Source: Tubiluchus corallicola (lineage: Eukaryota; Animalia; Priapulida). Taken from it: 64,000 bases of DNA. The stretch spans positions 10,050 through 74,049 of the forward strand of contig JAQGDQ010000976.1 of the NCBI GenBank assembly GCA_030141605.1. Direction: 5' to 3'. Below are positions 40,640 to 54,330 of this stretch, in pieces; the first letter of the stretch is position 1, and the number at the start of each line of letters is the position of its first letter. The notes beneath the pieces were generated by a model. The model ran no database searches. It was not told the origin of the DNA and saw only the letters and a program-made list of their open reading frames with translations. Position numbers and translations under genes: made by a program.

Positions 40640-41175
40640 TTAACTCTTTACCTACGTACACTTGCAAAATGCCGCTAATTGTTTTTCCCGATCTTCCCAC
40701 TAAATCTCTCAATCTCGGGGATTCGGAAATGACGTGCCGCGTGGCTTCAGTTTGGTTACATCAAAGTAAGGGCGCCGCGTAGCGGAGTAGAGACGCATTA
40801 AAAAGATTACTGTCTTAGTTACTGTTTAACAACGTATTAATGTGACACAGTCGCATCTAGCAAAACGTCGAGTCTCTTTAACGAATGGAAAAGATTTTGT
40901 ATTAAATTTGTATAATTTGTATAATCTATATTATAATATAGATTAATTTCTAGTTACAATTCCGTAGAAAGTTAATAATTTTAAGTGTGGAACAGATACG
41001 GTGCTGTGTTGGAAAAAAGATTTTCTTAAAAGTGAAGAAAATTCATTAAGAAATTCGTCTTAAAATGGCCAAAACAGAATGTAATTAACACTAGTAATTA
41101 TTGTTTATTATTTGAAAAAAAATCAACGTATTACCTCTAAAAGGAGAAACTTCCTTATAATTTGAAATTATTTAA

Positions 41176-42156
41176 AGTAAAACAGGATGATTTTTCATAT
41201 CCTACCCCATTTTGAAATATGGTAAAAGTATACATTTTAAGACCTAATATTTCAAAAGTATTGAGTGTAACACAGTTTGATAATAGTAATCACCTGCATT
41301 CTTTTTCCACAATCTTATCAAAACTTGACTATGCTCAACAGGTTACTGAACACTTTATAATCATGATCACAGTTATTCTTAGTTCTCGCTCCATTTCATC
41401 TTTCATTCACTACCCCCCTCACTTTTATGTATATAATATCATTATTTCAATTATTAATCATTTCTTTAAGATTTCCACGTACAGTTTGGCCTGTCAAGCT
41501 ATGCTTTTACGCTCAAACGGTATGCATCAAAATTATTCTGTAATGTAATTTGCAAATGTATATGCTGCATAAGAATCTCTTCTGTAATTTCTGGATAATA
41601 TTGCATTTATATTTATATTTACTTCAGTGAAATTATCTGTATTTTTATTATAACTGTTAGATGCAGAGTGGAAATAAATAAACTTATAAACTTATAACTA
41701 GCATAATGCTAAAATGATTTTGGTAAACAGGTTAAAACAAGCGAACAGCACAAACATTCCGTGAGCGTGTTGTAGGTGTTTATGAAATGCGAGAATTGAA
41801 GTACAGTGCTACTGTACAACAGTCAGTGTGATATTCACAAACTCGGCAAATTTTGAATTCAAAATTCAAATCTTGAACGTGTGCAGTACATCACAATTTA
41901 ACACTTCTGATCAAAAAGGTACAGCACCTGTTTTTCATACAACTCGCCTCCGAGATGCAGGAGCTGGTACCCGTCTAACAAGCGAAAGGCGAGATGCAAG
42001 CAACAGCGGAGAACTAGCAGCACGAAAGTATTATTACGATCCTTCTTTAATAATTCTTTCACGTAATGCATTCTTGAAAAAGTAGTATGTTCCCTTTCAA
42101 TGTTTTATAGGGTAGAGTATTTTAAACCATAGTTTGATGAGGGATCGGGTTTCCGT
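41176..42156 (-). mobile_element. Family A copy 6 (diverged, interrupted by a LINE-derived insert)
   Basis: TTAA+AGTAAAACAGGATGATTTTTCATAT terminus; homology resumes after 41700. Confidence 0.65.
41246..41698 (+). mobile_element. L2/CR1-derived retroposon (family B copy 1), nested in family A copy 6
   Basis: ILSKLDY-like remnant; ends AATAAA + (AACTTAT)n tail; near-identical copy at 43196. Confidence 0.7.
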
Positions 42157-42534
42157 TTAGCTAGATCGAAACAAATAGTTCAATTTACCTTTGAAATCGC
42201 AAATGAAAAGAACAGTTATACCTTTCTATCCTGTTTAAAATAAAATGGCTATAAAATTAAAACGCAAAAAATTAAAATTAAAATTAAAAAAATTAAAATT
42301 AAAAATTAAAACAGCTGATTTTGAAATTGTCGAAAACTAACAGGTCTTTGTTAATTATTACTTCCAATCTAAATTTGAATATTATCAATTAGAAATAGAA
42401 CGAAACAACAATAAGTGTTGCAGAATTTTTGCAACCAAACTTAAGTGATAGCAAGAAAGTGTGAAACTGGTGGTGTGAAAAAGCCTTACTAAACCTGAAC
42501 TAGGACTGAATTAGGATCTACTATGATCAAAAAA

Positions 42535-42602
42535 GGCTATGAAGTCTAGTGGTAATGCTTTTGGACTTGCAATCAAAAAAGTTCCTGGTTCAATCCCGAC
42601 GT
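42535..42602 (+). pseudogene. tRNA-derived fragment (SINE head or tRNA pseudogene)
   Basis: A-box-like GTCTAGTGGTAA and B-box GGTTCAATCCC at tRNA spacing; acceptor stem does not pair. Confidence 0.45.
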
Positions 42603-43195
42603 TTTCACAATTGCATTTTTTCAATCATTTCTGCTTTCGAAATTTCAGTAATAATTTTGGACTGATACCGCCGTTAACGGACTTTTGTTTATTTATTTTT
42701 TTTACTAAAACAGATGAAAAAAGTTCAGTTTACGCTTGGCGGTAAAGTAAATGTAAAAACGGTTGGGGCAGACGAATGCAACGAAGTGAATCTTTGCAAT
42801 TCACGTGAACTTACTATGAAATCGATGTGAAACAACATTCAAGCTTTTGCGTTAACAACATTCAAGCTTTTGCGTTTACTCGCTAGATTCTGTAATTCCG
42901 TTTCGTTTGCGTTCGAGTCTCAATCATTGCCGACCGGACGCCATGATTTCAACAAGAATTTGCCCGACTTTACTTCCTGACGAATTGGAGACGTACGGCC
43001 AGGACTCGTACTAATTAAATTCGATTTGTGTGTCAGTTGAAGAAGAGCCCTAATATTTCCAGAACGGAAATATATATATATATAGTCACGGATGTTGGGA
43101 TAAGTAGACAATTAGCAATGGAATATGGAATGGACTAAGCCGCAATTGAAAATGTAGTCACTCCCTTTCAACTTTAAAAAAACCGTCAGAAAATA

Positions 43196-43648
43196 AATAT
43201 TTCAAAAGTATTAAGAGTAACACAATTTGATAATGGTGATCACCTGCATACTTTTTCCACAGTAATCTTAATAAAACGTGACTATGCTCAACAGGTTACT
43301 GAACACTTTATAATCATGATCACAGTTTTTCTTAGTTCTCGCTCCATTTCATCTTTCATTCACTACCCCCCTCACTTTTATGTATATAATATCATTATTT
43401 CAATTATTAATCACTTCCTTAAGATTTCCACGTACAGTTTTGCCTGTCAAGCTATGCTTTTACGCTCAAACTGTATGCATCAAAATTATTCTGTAATGTA
43501 ATTTGCACATGTATATGCTGAATAAGAATCTCTTTTGTAATTTCTGGATAATAATGCATTTATATTTATATTTACTTCAGTGAAATTATCTGTATTTTTA
43601 TTATAACTGTTAGATACAGAGTGGAAATAAATAAACTTATAACTTATA
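43196..43648 (+). mobile_element. Family B copy 2
   Basis: Same start (AATATTTCAAAAGTATT) and tail as 41246-41698. Confidence 0.7.
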
Positions 43649-44022
43649 GCACCCAAACGTAGGCAACTATTTTTACTTACCTTGCAGCATTACTTTTGTT
43701 AATTTTTATTTGGGCATTGCCTCAAAAGTCACAGTTAAAAGTTTTACATTTTTTCTACTTGAACGCGTTCAAAAAAAGCCAATCAACAAATCCAGTAAGG
43801 CCTGCATACCTTAGGGGTTATTTTTAGAATCACATTACGTTACACGGGGCCCTACGGGCGCTAATTAGAGAACCCGTTCCTCCTGTGTCCAGTCCAGAGT
43901 CAAGTGCAACAATATTGTGTAAGTTACAAATTGTTTTGTGTTGCCGCTCTTGTACAAGCAGATTAGTTCGGCTCAATTAATCCACAAAGCTAATCTCTGG
44001 TCTGCACCCTATCGGTGTCCGT

Positions 44023-44041
44023 AGATCAAAGGATGCCGCCA
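44023..44041 (+). promoter_or_regulatory. TCF/LEF HMG site + C-clamp Helper site pair in Cdx intron 1
   Basis: AGATCAAAGG-at-GCCGCCA: optimal TCF site 2 nt from a consensus Helper (GCCGCCR), within a GC-richer unique block. Confidence 0.6.
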
Positions 44042-44429
44042 GCAGCAGCCGATCTCTTCAGCTGCCACATCAACTTCTACTAGCAAGATAAATGACCAGC
44101 AGCTAATGCACGTTTAGCATGGTCCAAGTTCTCACGAGTGCTGTCCAGTATGAAATGACCAGCACCAAATCACCACGGTGGATTGAGTTAATAGTAACTT
44201 TGCGTCATATGCTAATTGAACTTTAGTATTAGCAGCTCCCGTTTGCTTGATTTCATCTGTCATGCCCTCGTGCGTAAGGCTTATTATATTTAAATTTAAG
44301 ATCCACATGCGTATATTAAGCAAGGCAAATTTTAGTTTTGGTATGCTTAGTATGAAAGTATACTTACTGCAGAGATACTAAAAAGAACCCTATTCCTAAT
44401 GCTGAATGACATAGCACTTTGAATATGTT

Positions 44430-45152
44430 TATAAGTAAGAATGGCACAGGAAATAATGACACAATTAGTAAAATATGTGTTTAGGGCTAGGGTTAGTGGG
44501 ATGTAATTATTTTAGTCACTTTTATCTCTACCAATGAAGTTATGCTTTAACACAATTTGTTTGTTTGTCTGTTTGTTTGTTTTTTGTCTGTTACGGCAGT
44601 AAGTCTATTACGCAAAAACTATCTACCAGATTTCTATGAAACTTTCTGAAGAGAGGCGGACTTAGAGAGTGCCAAAATGGTTCTTTTCGCTGGTTCCTTT
44701 TTTCGCAAAAATTGGCCGAAGACCATGTACCAAAAACAACGTTCACGAAGGTTTCAGAAGGAGTGTTTAGTACTTCAAAATTGTTATCTCCATTTAACTT
44801 TTTTTATTAATATATGTAACCTAATAATGTGACTTGGTAGGTATTTTTCAGCCTATTACCACTGGCAAAATTAATGGTTAAAAAAGCAGATAAACACTAT
44901 ATGAAATATTTGTGCATCATTAATTCTAAATCTATTTAATGAACAAATATAATGACGAATAAGGATTGTTCAACTTTAGCAGAGCTCTGCTTCCTGCTGA
45001 GCGCATTCCAATTTTATTGTCGAAATCAATTGCATCAAAATAACATGTGTGCTATTTTTCCTGTGCCATTTTTCCTGTGCCATTTTTATCTGTGCCATTT
45101 TTTCCAGTGCCATTTTACTGTGCTATTTTTACCTATGCATTTTAACGGTGCA
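44430..45152 (+). mobile_element. Composite repeat: MITE with ATGGCACA subterminal repeats enclosing a Helentron/HINE-like element
   Basis: GAAGTTATG..(GTTT/GTCT)n..ATTACGCAAAAACTA..GATTTCTATGAAACTT start and a TTAGCAGAG-CTCTGC..GAGCGCATTC end typical of HINE/DINE-1-like elements; (TGTGCCATTTTT)n flank. Confidence 0.55.
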
Positions 45153-46499
45153 CCGTTTAAATTATATCCAACATAATAAATTGTATCCAATAAATTGGGA
45201 AACACACAGAAGACAATGAACCACTGTTTGATGAGAGGCTCTTAGTTAGCTTTCCAGGTGATTAAACATTTTTTTCATTTAGGATGCAAGTTAAAATGCT
45301 CCTCCGTTCCTGAAATTATAACATGTCTAGTATATATAACTAATTCTACTGTAGCGTAATGCTGGCTGCTCAGAAATAAAAAAAATACTTTTTAGACCCC
45401 TCATGGACACTCGACAGAAGTCAATGGGTCTTCATGCTGAGTAACAAAGCACTTGAAATATGTCTTAAATGTAAAACAGAGAATGTGTCCAAGACTAAGA
45501 CAAAGGAAGCCAGTTTGCTTAAATAATACTTTTAAGTATTTAAAAATTTTAGGTTTAGAGTGAATGTGGTTGGGGCGAAGAACCAACTTGAGGTCATATG
45601 TGCCCCTTCTGTTACTCGGAGTTAGAAATGCACGCGCATGCGCCCTCGTCAGCAAACTTGTGAATTTATCAGTTAGTCATCTAATTTATCCGAAAAATCG
45701 TAAATTCGAGAAATTTCTCTTATTACCAAATTAATAACATTTTGTAACTACTTCATAAGAGAGATGTAATGCGGCCAATACTACAAATTAACGGTTTTAT
45801 GTATGGTAACGTGTGCAAACTTGCTAGTGCCTCGTTTCAAACGAAATGAAGCCACAGAGAAGCCCGTGAAAGAGTTCTCTTGGTCAATAGCGCAGACGTT
45901 CTTTCCTAAGATGAGCTTTTCGGTTGAGATCTAGAACAGTTTATGGATCATACGCTGCTTGTATACAACCAGTAAAGTAGGTTTAATGAGCTACAAAGAG
46001 AAAATGAGGAATTTGCTGTTTAGATTACAGATTACTTCACTTGGTGATCATGGCAGAGGAATAGTTGAGCCAGATGATTTTATGTGGTTCGCTGGCGTTT
46101 TTACATATTCAAGTAGACATGAATTTTTGACGATATAAAATGGTATAGAACTTAAAGTATTAAAAACTCATTAGTTCTAAACGGTTGTTGGTCACTTAAA
46201 CTCCATGACACGAATAGCTAGTAGAATAAGCAATTGCTCTTAGACGGAAGTATTAAGCCGTGGAAAAGTTTAAATTGTGATGGTTTGTTTAACTAGAGAG
46301 ATTGATGGTCTGATGGACAATGGCTAGTGTTTTAAATGCCCAAAAATCTCTGTCCATTTCACCACAAAATCTGCTGAGTGTAATTACTGAGACTGAATTC
46401 ACACTTTACATTTCCCGATGATTAAACATGTCAGATTTTGTAGAAATTTAAAGTGATCAGTAGAATGGAAGCAACCTGTTTTATACTATTAATTATATT

Positions 46500-46925
46500 A
46501 TATAGTATAAAGTAGTATAGTATTTTATAGTATAGTATAATATAGTATAGTACAGTATAGTCATAGTATAGTATAGTATAGTATTTTATAGTATAGTATA
46601 ATATAGTATAGTACAGTATAGTATAGTATAGTATAGTATAGTATAGTATAGTATAGTATAGTATAGTATAGTATAGTATAGTATAGTATAGTATAGTATA
46701 GTATAGTATAGTATAGTATAGTATAGTATAGTATAGTATAGTATAGTATAGTATAGTATAGTGTAGCATAGTATAGTATAGCATAGCATAGTAGTGTATT
46801 GTACAGTATAGTATAGTATGGTATGGTATGGTATGGTATGGTATGGTATGGTATGGTATGGTATGGTATGGTATGGTATGGTATGATATGGTATAGTATA
46901 GGATAGGCTAGGATAGTGTAGTATT
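46500..46925. repeat. (TAGTA)n/(TGGTA)n microsatellite
   Basis: Direct reading. Confidence 0.96.
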
Positions 46926-47415
46926 TTATATTATCAAATAAATATTAAAAACCTTTAATGCAGTTTAGTCCAGACGTAAATGTAAACTACGCAAGATTCA
47001 GTAACACCGAAACTGAAACAGTACGATACGCAAATACGCATAAATTGCAATTGGCTTTACAATTATACCTGCTCAGTATGTAAGTTTTCAATTAGCTAAG
47101 TATACCTAATAGTTTCTATCAGCCAAATAATTAACAAAACTATCGCATGCGTTAGTAACTCCAAAAATCTCTATTTAATTTAAGAAAAAAGAAAGAAAGT
47201 TTATTCTGCTCCCGTATGTGTGCATTCAGTTTATTTAAACTTTATTTTCCGTCTACCCACTTTAAAGTGTCTGATTACAAATTTATTTTTATGCTTGTGT
47301 TGCTTTTAATGTTAATTACTTATAGAGATAGAGATTATATCACAATCGAATATTTGGGGCTGAAGAACAGAGTTTAGTGCTTAGTAAAACAATCATTGAC
47401 GCTATACAGGGGGCC

Positions 47416-48025
47416 CAGTGTCCGGCTCGTAGCTAAAATTAGTTAAAAATGTTTAGCCATTGTTTTAATACTGTATAAAACGAAACAAACATATGTAATT
47501 ATAATGTTGTAATTGTAATTTTAAACAAATAAATTAATTTAAACATAACCTTGATAAACTCTTAAGCAAAAAATATTGCTTTCTTACGAATAATCTAAAT
47601 TCTCGTAAATCAGGAATATGCCTATACACGGCTTTTGAGCATTTGACTAACTGACAACACGTACTGCAGTGAGTGACAGTACTCTTCTCAGATATGTGCG
47701 CATGGCAGCATTGCTTGGGCTGTGAAGCAAACAGTACTCTTTCTACCTAAAGTACAGCGCCTCAGATACGTGCGCATGGCAGCATTGCTTGGGCTGTGAA
47801 GCAAACAGTACTCTTTCTACCTAAAGTACAGCGCCTCAGATACGTGCGCATGGCAGCATTGCTTAGGCTGTGAAGCAAACAGAACTACCCTCACTTGTTC
47901 CAGTTCCGCACAAGTATACAGAAAGAACTAAAGAAAAAAAATTATTATATTGAATATTATCGATAATAATGAGTGAAAACAGGGGGTGCTGCAGTACCAC
48001 AGTACCTATACACGAGCCGCCACTG
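47416..48025. mobile_element. MITE with CAGTGGCGGCTCGT-type TIRs containing a 74-bp x3 tandem repeat
   Basis: CAGTGTCCGGCTCGT ... ACGAGCCGCCACTG; GGGGCC repeated on both flanks; tandem unit at ~47677-47885. Confidence 0.6.
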
Positions 48026-51000
48026 CTGGGGCCTATTTTACCATACGCTTAACTATGAGTTAACTTCCGAGAACTACATGCCACGAAGTTTGAGGAATAT
48101 TAAAAAAATTAGCGTAGTATTACAAAAAATGGCAAAGCAAGCAGAAAATGATCTGATTAAAGATTAGCTTATGTTGAGTGTGTGGATAATGGCTGCGTGT
48201 AAAAGTTTTATTGATTTATGTTAACAGCTTTAGGAACCAACGAGTCAAGAGGTTCATGCTGTAAGGCGCTAATTATAATTTGCTTCTTCACATGTCTCTT
48301 GTACAAACTAAACTGTAAATCAGCTCGCCAACTCGGTCCATAAAGCTGACGGAAGCAATTGGTACAATATCTCTACTCAAATACGTACAGCAATAGCGCA
48401 GAATATTAGAGATTTATTGATGTAATAATACTATGCAGCGCTAGTCTGGCTTAGACTATAAACCCGTTTATACTTCGCCTTCCCATAAAATGCACCTCAG
48501 CTGTTTAAAAGCGAGTACGGACTATAAAAACTACTGTATACAGGCACCTAATGTAATTCTTGTCAATGGCGAAGTTAGACAAACCAACTGTAATACATAA
48601 ACTACAGTAGATGAAGATATATAAAGTTTTATAACGAGATAATGAGTTTGGCTTTAATATTTAGCGAGTTGTGGTAACGCCTCTGCATGCGGTAAACATT
48701 TTTACCCAGTCTATAAAACGCTAAAAGTGTTTGGGAAAATAATTTGCAGAAAGTTACAGCAAACTGGACTGTCAAGCAAATTTATAATGAGTTTCCCCTT
48801 TCATAATTCTGTAAATGAAATGACTAACATGTCAACCCAATTGTTCTTTACCGTGAAAGAGCTCAATTCCGTGGCCAACGGTTATATCTGTACTGCCATA
48901 TATGTAGCCATAATGTAGGTCTGCATAACAGACTATATATTAGCATATATATTATTGGCATAACATAGCAAATATGCCAATAATATAGACAAAATTTATT
49001 TTGAGATAAATTTTCACTTTTATCATGTGAAATCGCAGATTATTTAATGTCATTTTCTAACATCATATAATTATGATAAATATTTTCAGTAAAATGGCTA
49101 TTTCTTTTTGCATTAAATGTTTATATAGTGACAAAATCATGCGATAAGCAGGTAATCTAAATAATATTACTAGCATAGTGTATGAAAAATGTTTGATGAA
49201 GTAATAATACAAATTTCATACCAATAAAGGGACTTAGAGCTGCATATATTTGAATATCACAGTGTAATGCTCCTTCATTGCATGTTGAGAAAACAGTTTT
49301 TTGTTTGTTTAGCATTTCCTAAGATTATAATAATCTTCATAAATAAGCGTAAATCTTAATTAATTATTATTTAGATGAAATAAATTGGAAATGGTTACGT
49401 TAAAAATTTGCAAACAGATTTTTAATCCTTTTTATTATTTTAATTTACTGACGCGGCATCTTTGAAGTATTTTATGATTTAAGCTGTGTCACTTTTGTCT
49501 TTTTCCTGCTAATAGAATGGTCAATAATAGAAAAAATAAAGTAAATTTTTTACATAAATTTAGTAGATACTGAACTTGCTGTAAATAACTAAAATTGACT
49601 CCATTGTTTAGTCTTACTAAAATTGGATTACGGGGGCTCAAAGGAGTGAAAAAAACTTATAGAAAAATTGTTATTATAGGTTGTTTTCTATATTTTAGTT
49701 GAATATTTCTTATTATTCATTACCACTGATTTTAAAGCAAATTAATCTAAAGCATTCAAGTTACAGCATGCTGAAAAATTACATTTTCTCTGTACTATTA
49801 GAACTGCAAAAATCTAAGAATTAGTTAGTTAAATATTATGACTTAAAAGAATGCAAAACAAAGAAGTTCGCCTGTTAATAAAACCTTGGCAGAAATTTTT
49901 GCCCATAATTAAATGGACGTACTGTCGGTCATATTAAAGTTATTATGCCAATGCAAAGCAAAAACGTGTACAGGCAAATGAATTCGTCAGCTTAAAAATG
50001 GGCCTGCATGTAGCCAAAAATTTAATCTCCCACTGTTTACTTTTAAAATTTAAATAAAAATATAATCTATGAATTCATAAAATAAATTCATATGTACAAA
50101 GTGGCCAGTGATGATTATCAGTGAGGCAGTTAAAATGGGTTTAAATTAGTAAAAATCATTATAAACTAAAATGGATAATTATTAATTATTCTGCAGCATA
50201 AGCTTTAACACAGAGAGGCAGTAAAAATTTCTTTGTAAAAAATCTACTTTCTAGAATTGCATAGGCGCCGTTATGTTCTAACGTTTCCGAGTTCTGCGGG
50301 TGTGTAACCAAAATTTCCATCAAATTCGCTATTCATAAAATGGAGGAAAAATAATACCTTGCACATATATGCATTACTTAAATAAAATAGTATACCTTTG
50401 CAATACGGTATATAATACAAGTTTAAAGCTTTATATGAAAAGTTGTCATAGCTTCCTACGTATAATACATTTTTTTAAATAGTTGGGTGCTCGCTTGATG
50501 CCAACTGACGCGTTTTCAAATTTTCATATATACTTACATATAATTCATAAATAACCCTTATAAATAAATATAAAAAAACCATTCAAATGTGAAAAATTAC
50601 AAACACCTATAGTGCTCAAACGTGCTAGCTATGTGTCATCAAGCTAATCAAACACATCAGTAAGGCGCACATGTGCAATGTCTTAGCTTAAAATATAAGC
50701 ATATTAAAAATATTTTAAGAATATATACACTACATAATCTTTTATGAACTACAAGATATGCATGCAATATGTAAGTAATGTTTTAAATCGTTTACGAGTA
50801 AGATGGAGTTGATACATTATAAAGACAAAGCGACATAAATTAGTTTGAATTGAACGGTTGCCTTGAAAACCCAATGCATGATAATTCCAGTGAAAACGCG
50901 TTTACATTTTAACAGGTAAGGTGACGACACACGTGTGTATATACGTGTGGCTTCTTTGTCAACTTACACCTGACAGATTTTGAAAATTAATAAGCAGTCA

Positions 51001-51432
51001 TCGAGAACAAATCTGTGCACTGCACTTGATGACCGAGTGAACTTTGCCCAGCTCCACGTGGCGTAATACCAGCTAATTAATTAAACTTGATACAGTAGTC
51101 AGAAACAAGTGCGTATAGTGTGCAGCATAAATTTCAGGTGAACTCACAAACCTGTGATTATTACTCCTAAATTATAATTGTAATTTAAAACGGTTAAAAT
51201 ATTTAAAGCAAACTGCTGAAACGTTTTAATTTTATAATCCTGCACTGGTAGTGGCTAAGGACTTTAATAACGTCTTTGCGATACAAAGCAATTCGCTTAA
51301 ACGACTTCATCTTTGATTAAAATGAAGGTGTTATAACCGCAAGTTTTCGGTTTTATGGACAAAAATATTAAATGTGTCATTTATGTTAAAAATGCAAAGC
51401 TTATAGACCTAACTAAATTAGAATAATAACTA

Positions 51433-51961
51433 AACCTTAATATAACTGCCTTAGGAACTAATGATCTATTGAAGTTGTTATTATTCGGAAAAGATGAATT
51501 TAACTATGTTGCTAACTGTAAAATATTCCAATGTATACATGACTTTATATTACGTACTAAACGCTTCAAATAGTTTCTATCTGATATGAAATGCATCAGT
51601 CTTAAATATTCGTACATTAATATTTTCTAACCGTGATTTTCTACTAATGTCTAATGTAATCTTGTAGTAAAACTTGTCAGCTTGTGTAGCTATAGTCTAT
51701 TCTTACTGCAAATGTTACTAATGTCTGATGTATTCTTGTAGTAAAACTTGTCAGTTTGTGTAGTTATAGCCTATTCTTACTGTAAATGTTACTAATGTCT
51801 AATGTAATCTTGTAGTAAAACTTGTCAGCTTGTGTAGTTATAGTCAATTCTTACTGTAAATGTTTTTGCAAATAGTGTATAAAGTCTGTTGTGGTGAGGA
51901 TCCTAAATCATGTTGTTCAAACTGTCTGATCCAATCCTATAATAAATTATGTTTAAACTAA
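51433..51961 (+). mobile_element. Second copy of the same CR1-type LINE 3' end, with an internal ~70-bp triplication
   Basis: Near-identical to 31523-31901; 3'UTR unit repeated three times (~51642-51865). Confidence 0.85.
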
Positions 51962-52079
51962 GTAAATTATTTATAAAGAAGACTCTGAGATATTGATCTA
52001 AACTTTTTAGCTTTGTCTGTAAATAGAATGTTTCTTTTGAATAAAAATCGCACTTTTGGTTGTGAAAAAAGCAAATATA

Positions 52080-52560
52080 ACAAAATTATTATAAAGATTT
52101 CATATTTACTATATTTAATTACTTAAGAAGATTTAAAGAATTGTATACGGGCTTCTCAAGGAAAGACTAAATACGTGTACTATGTAAATATTAATCCAGA
52201 GTTAGTATCAGGGTTTTATGATGAGAGAGAATTGTTTACTGATGCTTATAAAAATAGTGTATTAATATTTCACGATTTAGCTATCGAAAGAGGTTGTTTC
52301 CAACATAAACCTATAAAAGATAGATTATGTGAGTTTTGTAAACGTATGTTACTAATTGACGTTGAAAAACATTTCATTTTGAATTGTAAAACAGCAGCAT
52401 TAGCACGTAAATTATGTGATGTTGGGAATTGTAACTTTCGAAATTTAATCGGTAATTTTGATGCTGTACACAAATTCACGCAATGTTTCCTTTGTACTCT
52501 GGTGTACTATTAGACCTAAACGAGCAGCACGATTTATAATATGGCTAAATAGATAATAGT
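52080..52560 (+). mobile_element. Non-LTR retrotransposon ORF2 C-terminal zinc-knuckle remnant (RTEX-like)
   Basis: LAIERGCFQHKPIKDRLCEFCKRMLLIDVEKHFILNC fits L.IE.GR....p..eRlC..C.....E.HF.l.C. Confidence 0.7.
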
Positions 52561-52734
52561 TCATTAGATGCTTGTAATTATGTAATTAATTTGTAAGCAA
52601 AAAACTATAATATGCAGATTTCGTGCGGCACAAGTCGCGAAATGGTAAAAAATGCTCCAAATGTATTTCTGAAAACGTAAAAATTGTCATGTAATTTTTA
52701 AACTGGTTGTTACACGTAAATTTGGAGAATGAAC

Positions 52735-53053
<319 letters not shown>

Positions 53054-53411
53054 CAGGTAACTTTTAGGCGTACTGTGCTTTAAACAAATTTTGCAATGGA
53101 AACAGTTAAAATGAAAACAGTCAGGCGAAAAATTATTATTTTACATTGGCGACAAAAAATGATCTTAGTTTCGTCATTTTACTTCCTATTTAAACATGTT
53201 ATTTACTGGAAAAGTTTCAGCGCGATGAATAGCCTCTAATATAGCAGCTTGGAATTAAAACAAAAAAATTGATTCTTATTATTAGATTATAAAAATAATC
53301 AAGCTAAACAAACAAATAACCTTTTCAACGCAAATAATGTGCATAACTTAAGCAATATACGTATCTTATATAAACAGCCTATAGTGTAGGAAAGTGTGGT
53401 GAGGAACTTAC

Positions 53412-53895
53412 CAGAGGATGTGTCTTTTTTCATCCATTCATAAGGTCCTCTAGCAGAACTTTGTCTGTTTAGACCTTCTTGATGGTTGCTGGCCACAGGA
53501 CTTGCACCATTTGTACTGTTATTGCCAGTTATTATAGTATTGCACACTCGACTATGAGAATAATGGTCCAAGACTGTCCCTGTGCCCGGCGAACGTCCCA
53601 ATCCCATCGGGTGGTGATAACTTTGGGGCGTTGTTGCTGTCATAGGACTCGACACTGGGGTACTCTGTAGCATAGTCGTCCAAGGATCCTCGAATTGGTT
53701 TCTTGCAGGAATCTGTGGCCATCCTTGCTGGATGGGTTCTGTGGAATATGCAAAGTCTCCCGTCCATCCCGAGGAACACTGAGACGGAGACGAATGTTGA
53801 TGTCCATAGGCGAAATTCAGATTGTAGCCGTTTTGTGCCGAATGCCTGCTACTGTGAAACATCGTATTATACCCGGGTTCATAGATCAAAACCAT
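53412..53895 (-). CDS. Cdx: Cdx/caudal exon 1 (N-terminal region and hexapeptide PYEWMKK)
   Basis: ATG in strong context (ATCATGG) with an in-frame TAG 6 nt upstream. Ends ...GPYEWMKKDTSS G|gtaagt, phase 1, which joins in frame to exon 2 (G-KTRTKDKY). Confidence 0.9.
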
Positions 53896-54330
53896 GATCT
53901 AAGTCAGTTTATCATATTCGTCAAAAACTCGATGAACAAATTACGTGAAAGTCGCACGCTATAGTGACTGTGCCTGTCGTACTAATGCGCAAGACAGCTA
54001 ACTCTCCGAGATGATGAGCCAATAGTGGAGGCAATAAAAACCTGTCAGTCAAGAAAGCCAAGCATAGTTTGCGGCGTCGGGAAAAATTCGGCAATATCCT
54101 CGGCAAATGTAGTAGGCGAACACTTCTCCAGCCTCCCACGTTGCTCTTTCCGACGGCAAGTAATTCTCCCAATATCGGCGGATGCCTCCACAAAGTCCAG
54201 ATGGGGTAAAGTACGCAAGAAAGTATCACAATTAGGCGGTAAATGTGTATTGGTGGCCACGCCTCCTCAGTGGGCAATCTCATTTAGCGTAGCGTTCTTG
54301 TCATTGACGCTAAACGTAATCGTTGTCCCA
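53896..54330 (-). promoter_or_regulatory. Probable Cdx 5'UTR/proximal promoter
   Basis: CpG-rich unique sequence immediately 5' of the Cdx ATG; CCAAT at 54019-54023, Cdx-type GCAATAAAA at 54031-54039, GC-box-like GCCACGCC at ~54256. TSS cannot be located. Confidence 0.55.

Noticed and set aside
42535-42602. Functional tRNA gene
   Set aside because: A and B boxes present but no paired acceptor stem; SINE or pseudogene.
48016-48022. GCCGCCA as a TCF Helper site
   Set aside because: Part of a MITE terminal inverted repeat, with no adjacent HMG site.
53299-53411. Read-through of Cdx exon 1 as a 198-aa single-exon protein
   Set aside because: A perfect G|GTAAGT donor at 53411 joins in frame to the homeobox; the extension is intronic.
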